A stretch of DNA of 64,000 bases. Source: Veleropilina oligotropha. Lineage: Eukaryota. Under the pieces are notes generated by a model. That model searched no databases, was not told the origin of the DNA, and worked only from the letters and a program-made list of their open reading frames with translations. The first letter of the stretch is position 1; every line of letters begins with the position of its first letter. The translations under genes were made by a program, and so were the position numbers. Positions 14,509 to 27,544 of the stretch are shown one piece after another. The stretch spans positions 744,001 through 808,000 of the forward strand of contig JBEUKZ010000010.1 in the NCBI GenBank assembly GCA_048128005.1, in the 5' to 3' direction.

Positions 14509-16055
14509 GTACGTCATACACTCCCCCCTGGGGGAGGTACGTCATACACTCCACCCTGATGATGGTACGTCATACACTCCCCCCTGGTGGAGGTACATCA
14601 TACACTCCCCCCTGGTGGAGGTACATCATACACTCCCCCCTGGTGGAGGTACGTCATACACTCCCCCCTGAATGAGGTACATCATACACTCCCCCTGGTG
14701 GAGGTACATCATACACTCCCCCCTGGTGGAGGTACATCATACACTCCCCCCTGGTGGAGGTACATCATACACTCCCCCCTGGTGGAGGTACATCATACAC
14801 TCCCCCCTGGTGGAGGTACATCATGCACTCCCCCCTGATGGAGGTACATCATACACTCCCCCTGGTGGAGGTACATCATACACTCCCCCCTGATGGAGGT
14901 ACATCATACACTCCCCTTGGTGTAGGTACATCATACACTCCCCCTGGCAGAGGTACGTCATACACTCCCCCCTGGTGGAGGTACGTCATACACTCCCCTG
15001 ATGGAGGTACATCATACACTCCACCTGATGGAGGTACGCCATACACTCCCCCCTGGTGGAGGTACATCATACACTCCCCGTGGTGGAGGTACATCATACA
15101 CTCCCCCTGGCAGAGGTACGTCATACACTCCCCCCTGATGGAGGTACATCAAACACTCCCCCTGATGGAGGTACGTCATACACTCCCCCCTGGTGGAGGT
15201 ACGTCATACACTCCCCTGATGGAGGTACATCATACACTCCACCTGATGGAGGTACGCCATACACTCCCCCCTGGTGGAGGTACATCATACACTCCCCCCT
15301 TGTACATGATACACTCCCCCCTGGTGGAGGTACATCATACACTCCCCCTGATGGAGGTACGTCATACACTCCCCCTGGTGGAGGTATGTCATACACTCCC
15401 CTGATGGAGGTACATCATACACTCCACCTGATGGAGGTACGCCATACACTCCCCCCTGGTGGAGGTACATCATACACTCCCCCCTGGTGGAGGTACATCA
15501 TACACTCCCCCCTGATGGAGGTACATCATACACTCCCCCCTGATGGAGGTACATCATACACTCCCCCGTGGTGGAGGTACATCATACACTCCCCCTGGCA
15601 GAGGTACGTCATACACTCCCCCCTGATGGAGGTACATCAAACACTCCCCCTGATGGAGGTACGTCATACACTCCCCCCTGGTGGAGGTACGTCATACACT
15701 CCCCTGATGGAGGTACATCATACACTCCACCTGATGGAGGTACGCCATACACTCCCCCCTGGTGGAGGTACATCATACACTCCCCCCTTGTACATGATAC
15801 ACTCCCCCCTGGTGGAGGTACATCATACACTCCCCCTGATGGAGGTACGTCATACACTCCCCCTGGTGGAGGTATGTCATACACTCCCCTGATGGAGGTA
15901 CATCATACACTCCACCTGATGGAGGTACGCCATACACTCCCCCCTGGTGGAGGTACATCATACACTCCCCCCTGGTGGAGGTACATCATACACTCCCCCC
16001 TGATGGAGGTACATCATACACTCCCCCCTGATGGAGGTACATCATACACTCCCCC
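14491..16055 (+). repeat. Minisatellite, 27-28 bp unit CACTCCCCC(C)TG(G/A)TGGAG|GTAC(A/G)TCATA, ~55-57 copies, starting inside exon F
   Basis: First unit is the exon end plus donor, CACTCCACCCTGGCCGAG|GTACGTCATA. 488 bp higher-order duplication shown by identical ORFs 15121-15396 and 15609-15884. Confidence 0.95.
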
Positions 16056-16280
16056 TGGCGTATATGTCATACACTACCCCCTGTCATATATATGTCATAC
16101 ACTCTCCAATGGCATATATGTCATACACTCCCCCTGGCTGATATATGTCATACACTCCTCCCTGGCATATATGTCATACACTCCCCCCCTGGCTGATATA
16201 TGTCATACACTCCCCCCTGGCTGATATATGTTATACACTCCCCCCTGGCATATATGTCATAGAATCCGCGTGGCGTATGT
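16056..16280 (+). repeat. Start of the 25-28 bp satellite CACTCCCCCCTGGC(A/G)TATATGTCATA (left of the MITE insertion)
   Basis: Direct read; same unit as 18519-23350. Confidence 0.9.
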
Positions 16281-18518
16281 GGGTTGAAATTTGCTCTAGG
16301 TACCCTTTTACATTATTATTATGTATGTGCACATTAAATAAAATTGCATGTCAATTTCCTTATTTTTATAGTGTCATTACTTGGTGGTTATATCGATCAA
16401 ATAAAAGAAACAATTTTGTTGGCATCCATATCTCAGATACTTGTTAATGATAAATTAACTTCTCAGTATGTGCCATTTCGGCAGCCTGTCTTGGGGACAT
16501 TGACATTAGCAAACATTCACGAGCATGCTAACAACGAATTTCTCGTGAAATATTTTAGCCAATATAAATATTTAAGTCTGAATCATATTTTATTGTTACA
16601 TTCAACTTTTGTTATAATATCTACTAATCTTGAATTGATAATCAAGATTTTTGTACGGGTGTGATTTTAACGTAACGTCTGTCCAATTTTCGTTGGACAA
16701 AAATGACTGCATTTGTCGTTGAAAACGAAAGTTGATTTATAAAAACCATTATTAACAGACTAATTACATCTGTCTTTAACTCAATTATTTATCAATTATG
16801 TCGTTTTGGTTCATACTTATCATGATATTCGATGTTATGTTTCCACGCTGTAACTTCTGTCCAAGCTTGGTTTTGTTACGTGCTGTTTTAAGTGTGGGAT
16901 TCTAAAATTATATTACAGCCAATAGTAGTCGTCATTTCTGTAAAGAGCATGCACGGCACTGGCAACAATGCCTGGCACAGTTTCCGGTTCAGTCGCGGGA
17001 ATTCTGAGGCAGTCTGCAGCAAATCAGTAACATCTGTCCAATATGTTACGTGATTGCGATGTGAATATAACCAACAATATAGTCTATTCGGTGTATTATA
17101 ATATGTCCATTTCTACAGTAGTCCACTGGATTTATTAGGTGATATTGTAATGTAAACAACGCCGATAAAATCGATACACGTTGTTCATTAGACAAAAATC
17201 TAGGTCCACTCTATGTATCTTGGACAGACAGTACATTTCTGTCCTTTGTTACGTGTTTGTTAATATGGGAAATAGTGACCGAATATTGACAGTTCCGCGA
17301 CGAGATTAGTTTCCGACATGTTTATGATTACAACAGTTATTTACTTGAGCAAGTTGAGGTTAGGTAGATATATAATTTTATTGCAATGTTGTGTAATGCG
17401 GTCAGAAACAAAATGTCTGTCCCTGTTACATGATTCTCAGATTTCTATTATAAAGGTATGAATTTAAGTCTGTTTGTAATTTATGTTACTATATGGTTAT
17501 TCACTATGCTACTATGGTTAACAGTTGAATTGAAAAATATAATATGTCAATGCAAAATAAATAATGTAGATATAAAATCTAGATGTCATGTAATGCGGAC
17601 AGAAACAAAATGTCTGTCCCTGTTACATGATCCTCAGATTTATGTCATAAAGGTATGAATTTCAGTCTGCTTGTAATTTATGTTACTATATGGTGCATCA
17701 CTATACTATGTTTAACAGTTGAATTGAAAAAGAAATTATGTCAATGTAAATAAATAATATAATTTAGATGTCATGTAATGCGGACAGAAACAAATTGTTA
17801 TTTCTGTCTCGTTACGTGATTGTCTGTCCTGTTACATGAATTTATTAAAACGTGAAATATGAACCTTCTAATATATTTTACATTTTCAGATACAGTTCAA
17901 ATCATCAGATTATGAAATATAAACAACAATAAGGGTTTATGGTTCCATTTTTATATTTTTATTTCTATTATTACAACATAATGTCTGTCCTGTTATGTGA
18001 TTGTCTGTCCTGTTACATGATTATGTAATATGAAGCAGGTCTTTTCCGAGGTCAGACAGGTTATTTTGAAACACAAATTTTGCATGCCATATAGTAAATA
18101 GTATTGAAAAACACATCAACTTCAATTATCAAAGAAAATTATCATAGTCAGATTATGAAAATCATTTTTGTATCAATAAATGGTATGAATTTTTTTAATT
18201 ATATCATTAATTTTCAGACTATAACATTGATTGGTTCAAGCAAAAGTTACATTCTTTTACATTTTTAAGTACCACATGTCAAAAAAAGATCACAAATGCT
18301 GGCTACATAATTTCTGTCCATGTTACGTGATTCAGTTTCAATCCAACACAAAATAGTGTATAAAAATGAAAAAAATATTTGTCTTATGTTTTCGTTGTTT
18401 TTTCTGAAACAATTATTGTATGTATGCTTCAGAAAAGTGCAATTGATATGTATTATCCAGGGAGTTTGTTTATACATGAATGTTCCCACAAAGGGGTACC
18501 TAGAGCAAATTTCAGCCC
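16281..18518. mobile_element. Non-autonomous TIR DNA transposon (~2.2 kb) inserted in the satellite
   Basis: TIRs GGGTTGAAATTTGCTCTAGGTACCC / GGGTACCTAGAGCAAATTTCAGCCC (24 of 25 match). Flanks ATGT / ATAT. Internal repeats of TGTCTGTCC(C)TGTTACATGA; no transposase ORF. Confidence 0.85.
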
Positions 18519-21500
18519 ATATGTCATATACTCCCCCCTGGCGTATATGTCATACACTCCCCCCTGGCTGATATATGTCATACACTCCCCCTGGCATATA
18601 TGTCATACACTCCCCCCTGGCGTATATGTCATACACTCCCCCTGGCGTATATGTCATACACTCCCCCCTGGCGTATATGTCATACACTCCCCCCTGGCAA
18701 ATATGTCATACACTCCCCCCTGGCATATATGTCATACACTCCCCCCTGGCGGATATATGTCATACACTCCCCCCTGGCGTATGTGTCATACACTCCCCCC
18801 TGGCATATATGTCATACACTCCCCCCTGGCTTATATGTCGTACACTCCCCCCTGGCATATATGTCATACACTCTCCCCCTGGCGTATATGTCATACACTC
18901 CCCCCTGTCGTATATGTCATACACTCCCCCTGGCGTATATGTCATACACTCCCCCTGGCATATATGTCATACACTCCCCGCTGGCATATATGTCATACAC
19001 TCCCCCCTGGCGTATATGTCATACATTCCCCGCTGGCGTATATGTCATACACTCCCCCTGGCATATATGTCATACACTCCCCCCTGGCGTATATGTCATA
19101 CATTCCCCGCTGGCGTATATGTCATACACTCCCCCCTGGCATATATGTCATACACTCCCCCTGGCGTATATGTCATACACTCCCCCTGGCGTATATGTCA
19201 TACACTCCCCCCTGGTGTATATGTCATACACTCCCCCTGTCATATATATGTCATACACTCACCCCTGGCATATATGTCATACACTCCCCCTGGCGTATAT
19301 GTCATACACTCCCCCCTGGCATATATGTCATACACTCCCCCTGGCGTATATGTCATACACTCCCCCCTGGCGTATATGTCATACACTCCCCCTGGCGTAT
19401 ATGTCATACTCTCCCCCCTGGCGTATGTGTCATACATTCCCCCCTGGCGTATATGTCATACACTCCCCCCTGGCATATATGTCATACACTCCCCCCTGGC
19501 ATATATGTCATACACTCCCCCCTGGCATATATGTCATACACTCCCCCCTGGCATATATGTCATACACTCCCCCTGGCATATATGTCATACACTCCCCCCT
19601 GGCATATATGTCATACACTGCCCCCTGGCATATATGTCATACACTCCCCCTGGCATATATGTCATACACTCCCCCCTGGCATATATGTCATACACTCCCC
19701 CTGGCATATATGTCATACACTCCCCCCTGGCGTATATGTCATACATTCCCCGCTGGCGTATATGTCATACACTCCCCCCTGACATATATGTCATACACTC
19801 CCCCCTGACATATATGTCATACACTCCCCCTGGCGTATATGTCATACACTCCCCCTGGCGTATATGTCATACACTCCCCCCTGGCGTATATGTCATACAC
19901 TCCCCCCTGGCGTATGTGTCATACTCTCGCCCCTGGCGTATGTGTCATACACTCCCCCCTGGCATATATGTCATACACTCCCCCCTGGCATATATGTCAT
20001 ACACTCCCCCCTGGCAAATATGTCATACACTCCCCCCTGGCGTATATGTCATACACTCCCCCCTGGCATATATGTCATACACTCCCCCTGGCGTATATGT
20101 CATACACTCCCCCCTGGCATATATGTCATACACTCCCCCTGGCGTATATGTCATACACTCCCCCTGGCGTATATGTCATACACTCTCCCCTGGCATATAT
20201 CATGTCGTACACTCCCCCCTGGCGTATATGTCATACACTCCCCCTGGCGTATATGTCATACTCTCCCCCCTGGCGTATGTGTCATACACTCCCCCCTGGC
20301 ATATATGTCATACACTCCCCCTGGCATATATGTCATACTCTCCCCCCTGGCATATGTGTCATACTCTCCACCCTGGCGTATGTGTCATACACTCCCCCCT
20401 GGCATATATGTCATACACTCCCCCCTGGCATATATGTCATACACTCCCCCCTGGCGTATATGTCATACACTACCCCTGGCTGATATATGTCGTACACTCC
20501 CCCTGGCATATATGTCATACACTCCCCCTGGCGTATATGTCATACACTCCCCCCTGGTGTATATGTCATACACTCCCCCTGTCATATATATGTCATACAC
20601 TCACCCCTGGCGTATATGTCATACACTCCCCCTGGCGTATATGTCATACACTCCCCCTGGCGTATATGTCATACACTCTCCCCTGGCATATATCATGTCG
20701 TACACTCCCCCCTGGCGTATATGTCATACACTCCCCCTGGCGTATATGTCATACTCTCCCCCCTGGCGTATGTGTCATACACTCCCCCCTGGCATATATG
20801 TCATACACTCCCCCTGGCATATATGTCATACTCTCCCCCCTGGCATATGTGTCATACTCTCCACCCTGGCGTATGTGTCATACACTCCCCCCTGGCATAT
20901 ATGTCATACACTCCCCCCTGGCATATATGTCATACACTCCCCCCTGGCGTATATGTCATACACTACCCCTGGCTGATATATGTCGTACACTCCCCCTGGC
21001 ATATATGTCATACACTCCCCCTGGCGTATATGTCATACACTCCCCCCTGGTGTATATGTCATACACTCCCCCTGTCATATATATGTCATACACTCACCCC
21101 TGGCGTATATGTCATACACTCCCCCTGGCGTATATGTCATACACTCCCCCCTGGCATATATGTCATACACTCCCCCTGGCGTATATGTCATACACTCCCC
21201 CCTGGCGTATATGTCATACACTCCCCCTGGCGTATATGTCATACTCTCCCCCCTGGCGTATGTGTCATACATTCCCCCCTGGCGTATATGTCATACACTC
21301 ACCCCTGGCATATATGTCATACACTCCCCCCTGGCATATATGTCATACACTCCCCCCTGGCATATATGTCATACACTCCCCCCTGGCATATATGTCATAC
21401 ACTCCCCCTGGCATATATGTCATACACTCCCCCCTGGCATATATGTCATACACTGCCCCCTGGCATATATGTCATACACTCCCCCTGGCATATATGTCAT

Positions 21501-23350
21501 ACACTCCCCCCTGGCATATATGTCATACACTCCCCCTGGCATATATGTCATACACTCCCCCCTGGCGTATATGTCATACATTCCCCGCTGGCGTATATGT
21601 CATACACTCCCCCCTGACATATATGTCATACACTCCCCCCTGGCGTATATGTCATACACTCCCCCCTGACATATATGTCATACACTCCCCCTGGCGTATA
21701 TGTCATACACTCCCCCCTGACATATATGTCATACACTCCCCCTGGCGTATATGTCATACACTCCCCCCTGGCGTATATGTCATACACTCCCCCCTGACAT
21801 ATATGTCATACACTCCCCCTGGCGTATATGTCATACACTCCCCCTGGCGTATATGTCATACACTCCCCCCTGGCGTATATGTCATACACTCCCCCCTGGC
21901 GTATGTGTCATACTCTCGCCCCTGGCGTATGTGTCATACACTCCCCCCTGGCATATATGTCATACACTCCCCCCTGGCATATATGTCATACACTCCCCCC
22001 TGGCAAATATGTCATACACTCCCCCCTGGCGTATATGTCATACACTCCCCCCTGGCTGATATATGTCATACACTCCCCCTGGCGTATATGTCATACACTC
22101 CCCCCTGGCATATATGTCATACACTCCCCCTGGCGTATATGTTATACACTCCCCCCTGGCATATATGTCATACACTCCCCCCTGGCGTATATGTCATACA
22201 CTCCCCCCTGGCATATATGTCATACACTCTCCCCTGGCATATATCATGTCGTACACCCCCCTGGCGTATATGTCATACACTCCCCCTGGCGTATATGTCA
22301 TACTCTCCCCCCTGGCGTATGTGTCATACACTCCCCCCTGGCATATATGTCATACACTCCCCCTGGCATATATGTCATACTCTCCCCCCTGGCATATGTG
22401 TCATACTCTCCACCCTGGCGTATGTGTCATACACTCCCCCCTGGCATATATGTCATACACTCCCCCCTGGCATATATGTCATACACTCCCCCCTAGCTGA
22501 TATATGTCATACACTCCCCCCTGGCATATATGTCATACACTCCCCCCTGGCAAATATGTCATACACTCCCCCCTGGCGTATATGTCATACACTCCCCCCT
22601 GGCTGATATATGTCGTACACTCCCCCTGGCATATATGTCATACACTCCCCCTGGCGTATATGTCATACACTCTCCCCTGGCATATATGTCATGCACTCCG
22701 TGTGGCGTATATGTCATACACTCCCCCCTGGCGTATATGTCATACACTCCCCCCTGGCGTATATATGTCATACACTCCCCCTGGCATATATATGTCATAC
22801 ACTCCCCCCTGGCGTATATATGTCATACACTCCCCCTGGCATATATGTCATACACTCCCCCCTGGCGTATATGTCATACACTCTGCATGGCGTATATGTC
22901 ATACACTCCCCCTGGCATATATGTCATACACTCCTCCCTGGCATATATGTCATACACTCTGCGTGGCGTATATGTCATACACTCCTCCCTGGCATATATG
23001 TCATACACTCTGCGTGGCGTATATGTCATACACTCCCCCCTGGCATATATGTCATACACTCCCCTCTGGCTGATATATGTCATACACTCCCCCCTGGCTG
23101 ATATATGTCATACACTCCCCCCTGGCTGATATATGTCATACACTCCCCCCTGGCTGATATATGTCATACACTCCCCCCTGGCTGATATATGTCATACACT
23201 CCGAGTGGCGTATATGTTATACACTCCCCCCTGACGTATATGTCATACACTCCTCCCTGGCGTATATGTCATACACTCTGCGTGGTGTATATGTCATACA
23301 CTCCCCCCTGACGTATATGGCATACACCCCCTCCTGGCTGATATATATCA
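18519..23350 (+). repeat. Satellite, 25-26 bp unit CACTCCCCC(C)TGGC(A/G)TATATGTCATA, ~4.8 kb
   Basis: Direct read. Higher-order periods of about 493 bp and 1835 bp inferred from repeated ORF-track peptides (20487/20980; 19240/21075). Confidence 0.95.
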
Positions 23351-24192
23351 TGGAGCATGCAAATCATACCCCGCTGGTTTCGGTTTGATTGTCAGTCTGC
23401 ACCTCACTTCGATTAGAAACAGCGCTAGTTATATGATGATAATTCATCAAGTACATAAACTACAGCACAGTCATGTCACAGATCTCAGACCGAGATATTC
23501 ATCGTTGTGACGTCACTTGTGAATGGTGTGTAGGTCTTCATTCTTGAATATTCTACGAGATAACGTTATTTTGTGCAATGGTTTGCGTTGTGTATCGGGC
23601 CTGTTTCTAATGAACTTCTCTTTCATGGCTAAAAGTAATATCATTACAATCAAATTAAAAGTGCCATGATATTAGGTATACAATGAAGATGCCATCATTA
23701 TTGTGTATATTTTGTCAGGCAGAAGCCTATCATCAGTGCGGTGGTGTTTTGGTGGATTAATCATACAGAGCTCATTCTCTCTACTGGTGCTGGCAGCACC
23801 GTTGTGTAATGGATAAGAGCTTGGCTCCTGCTTGACTGCTCTGATTAACAGGAGTGGGGTCGATTTCTCGGCTTGGTGCTTTTCAATTGACAGTCACAGT
23901 TGTCTATAACTGGCCCGTGAGGGCAGGTTTCCCGGGCGATCGAGCTTGGACATGTTCTGGTGTGACCTTGAAGGTTGCTACCGAGACCTCTCTTATTACT
24001 AGAACTTTAAGAAGACCATGAGTATCTCGGATATCACAGAATTAAAATAATATACTGATGACCTCATTTTATTTTCATGATGAAATAATATTTGAAATAA
24101 TCTAAAGGGATTAAAGAAATAAAGATTTTCATAAAATCATGAAATATGTGGTAACGTTTTATGGTTACTTTAGTCATTGTTTTCTTTTATAG

Positions 24193-24312
24193 GTGGCTGC
24201 TCGACCTGGATCCAGACATTTCCGATGTTTGTTCCGAGTGACGTTTGTCCCCCGAGATCCGTATGATCTGCTCCGTGATGATACCTCTGCATTTGAATAC
24301 TTTTATTTACAG
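24193..24312 (+). CDS. FRMPD4: FRMPD4-like exon G (FERM F1/F2)
   Basis: tatag|GTG...CAG|gtaaaa. Peptide [40 protein letters not shown]. Confidence 0.93.
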
Positions 24313-24873
24313 GTAAAATGTTGAAAGTGTTAAGATCAAAGAAAATGTTTGGAAATTTCAGCCAATATTTTCAAAGCGCATATATGCAGTACAAATTCTT
24401 GCAATTACCGAGGTGTGCGCCATTGTCTGTTGAGTGGTTAACACATCAGAAGCTCAATTTAGGTTGTGCTGAGGGATTCATTTTCCAGAATTATTAGCGA
24501 CTCGTTCTACTTCTTAAAGTAATAGAAGACGTATGTTTATATGTCTGCCTTATCTGGTAGTGACCTTAACAGTGGCATACAGCAAACGATGCCATCCATT
24601 CATATATCCAATGTCTGGCTTTTACATTTCCAAGTTATTTCAATGTATATTAAGAAAATTTAACACATTAAAATAATTTTTCTGACAGAAATAAATCAAG
24701 CTTAAACTTTTAACATTTGCAGGCAACTTTGAATGTAATGATACTTTTAACTTGTATTTTCCTGCAATTAGTAAAGAATGTTTTCACTATAAAGCTGTGT
24801 TTGGTGTGCTTTATGTACCGGTAGCATATAAATCGGGCAGTATTTTGATAATGGCATTCTATTACTTTTCCAG

Positions 24874-25010
24874 TGTTGTAATGATGTGATCCAGGAACGA
24901 TTCGCTTCCGAATTGAAGCACGATGTGTCCTTAAAGCTGGCCGCCCTCCATATGCAGCAGCACTTCATGAGCAACAACATGACGGGCAAGATCTCAATCA
25001 AAGCCATCGA
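24874..25010 (+). CDS. FRMPD4: FRMPD4-like exon H (FERM F2)
   Basis: ttccag|TGT...ATC GA|gtaaga. Peptide CCNDVIQERFASELKHDVSLKLAALHMQQHFMSNNMTGKISIKAIE. Confidence 0.93.
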
Positions 25011-25065
25011 GTAAGATCCGTATCATCTCATATCCACTTACCATTTCCATCTACTCAGCAGGCAC

Positions 25066-26410
25066 TCATACCCACCAACCCATCTACTCCGAGATCTCCC
25101 TGATGGGGTAGATCTCCATCAAAGTCATCAGGTAAGACCTGCACCCTCTCATACCCACCAACCCATCTACTCCGAGATCTCCCTGATGGGGTAGATCTCC
25201 ATCAAAGCCATCGGGTAAGACCTGCACCCTCTCATACCCACCAACCCATCTACTCCGAGATCTCCGTGATGGGGTAGATCTCCATCAAAGTCATCAGGTA
25301 AGACCTGCAACCTCTCATACCCACCGTCCCATCTACTCCGAGATCTCCCTGATGGGGTAGATCTCCATCAAAGTCATCAGGTAAGACCTGCACCCTCTCA
25401 TACCCACCGTCCCATCTACTCCGAGATCTCCCTGATGGGGTAGATCTCCATCAAAGCCATCGGGTAAGACCTGCACCCTCTCATACCCACTGTCCCATCT
25501 ACTCCGAGATCTCCCTGATGGGGTAGATCTCCATCAAAGTCATCAGGTAAAACCTGCACCCTCTCATACCCACCATCCCATCTACTCCGAGATCTCCCTG
25601 ATGGGGTAGATCTCCATAAAAGCCATCAGGTAAGACCTGCACCCTCTCATACCCACCAACCCATCTACTCCGAGATCTCCCTGATGGGGTAGATCTCCAT
25701 CATAGTCATCGGGTAAGACCTGCACCCTCTCATACCCACCAACCCATCTACTCCAAGATCTCCCTGATGGGGTAGATCTCCATCAACGTCATCGGGTAAG
25801 ACCTGCACCCTCTCATACCCACCGTCCCATCTACTCCGAGATCTCCCTGATGGGGTAGATCTCCATCAAAGCCATCAGGTAAGACCTGCACCCTCTCATA
25901 CCCACCAACCCATCTACTCCGAGATCTCCCTGATGGGGTAGATCTCCATCAAAGTCATCGGGTAAGACCTGCACCCTCTCATACCCACCGTCCCATCTAC
26001 TCCGAGATCTCCCTAATGGGTAGATCTCCATCAAAGCCATCAGGTAAGACCTGCACCCTCTCATACCCACCTACCCATCTACTCCGAGATCTCCCTGATG
26101 GGGTAGATCTCCATCAAAGCCATCGGGTAAGACCTGCACCCTCTCATACCCACCAACCCATCTACTCCAAGATCTCCCTGATGGGGTAGATTTCCGTCAA
26201 AGCCATCGGGTAAGACCTGCACCCTCTCATACCCACCAACCCATCTACTCCGAGATCTCCCTGATGGGGTAGATCTCCATAAAAGCCATCAGGTAAGACC
26301 TGCACCCTCTCATACCGACCAACCCATCTACTCCAAGATCTCCCTGATGGGGTAGATCTCCATCAAAGCCATCGGGTAAGACCTGCACCTTCTCATACCC
26401 ACCAACCCTC
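25066..26410 (+). repeat. 83 bp tandem repeat, 16 copies, containing a copy of the exon H end plus donor; degenerate copies continue to about 26990
   Basis: Unit contains GATGGGGTAGATCTCCATCAAAGYCATCRG|GTAAGACC versus exon GACGGGCAAGATCTCAATCAAAGCCATCGA|GTAAGATCC. Donor GT at 25132 + 83n up to 26376. Confidence 0.95.
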
Positions 26411-27544
26411 CGAAATACCCCGAGGTCTCTTCGATGTGCAAGATCCTTGGAGTAAGGCCACTCATACTTGCCAACCATCCCGATCTATACACAATCTCTT
26501 TTCTAACATCCATTTATACCTGCCAACCCTCCAGATCTACCGCGAGATCTCCCTGACAGGCTAGATCTCAAACAATGCCATTAAAAAGGCCCGCATTCAC
26601 TCATATACTCACCGACCCTCCTAATCTGTCCCGGGATCTCTCCGGCGGAAAAGATCTCTATCAAAGTCATAGAGTACGGCCCACATCCATTCATGCCCAC
26701 CATACCTCGCATTACGATGGATCTCCTACTTTTTCAACATCCATTTATACCTGTCAACCCTCCTGATCTATCCCGGGATCTGCCCGATGGGAAAGATCAC
26801 ACATCAAAGCCATCAAATAAGGCCCGCATCCACTCATGCCTGCCAATATACCCTCCCGGTCTACCCATCAGACACTCAATACGAGTCATACCTGCCAACC
26901 CTCAACATTCTGTATTATATATGCCAATTAACCCACCCAGTCTACCTTGGATCTTCACCATGGGAAAGATCTCTACAAAGGCGATCGATGTAGATTCAAA
27001 TTGGATGGATGCGTAATGTCCTGTTTTTAACAACGTTTGTGGTTTATACCAGGACATGTCCATTTTATTGTGGAAAGAAAGGCTTGTCACCCGAGAACAA
27101 CCGCCAGTTAGGGGCACCTGTGATTGGTAACTGAACAAAGAATTCTCCTGCTGAGGTTGGAATCCATGCACTCCTGTTAAGCTGAGCAGGCCAGCAAGTG
27201 AATTCATAGTCTGCGCTCTCATCTGCCTGGAAACCGATCCAACCTCAAAGCCATCAAGGAAATCCTGCATTAATTCTTAGAATCCATTCATACCCACCAA
27301 CCCTTCCCTTGGATCACTCGCCCGATTACCTGTTGGTGGTTCTCCCTGGAGTTTTTCAAATATTCAAATTTGTGGAATATAATGTCGTACCCATGCGGAC
27401 AGTTGATATCCTAATTTGGCATCTCTGATAGGTATGTCTGCTCCAGAGAGATAGTTGATATGACACTGGATTACGATTCTGAATCATCAGTTTAATGAAC
27501 AATACAAAATTGATATATTTCAAACGATATATTTATACTTTCAG

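Noticed and set aside
14447..16224. Repetitive ORFs (EVHHTLPPGGGTSYTPP)
   Set aside because: Translation of the donor minisatellite; the frame from exon F stops at 14559.
18379..23388. Very long ORFs (up to 1343 aa) of MSYTPP/HICHTLPP/YVIHSP repeats
   Set aside because: The satellite unit has no stop in any + frame, so all three frames are open; it lies in a phase-consistent intron. Artefact of the repeat.
24050..24095. CTGATGA...GAAA as a hammerhead ribozyme core
   Set aside because: No convincing stems I-III; AT-rich chance match. Other CTGATGA sites also lacked the fold.
14491..26410. CRISPR-like appearance of regular short repeats
   Set aside because: No unique spacers, no cas genes, and eukaryotic intron context.
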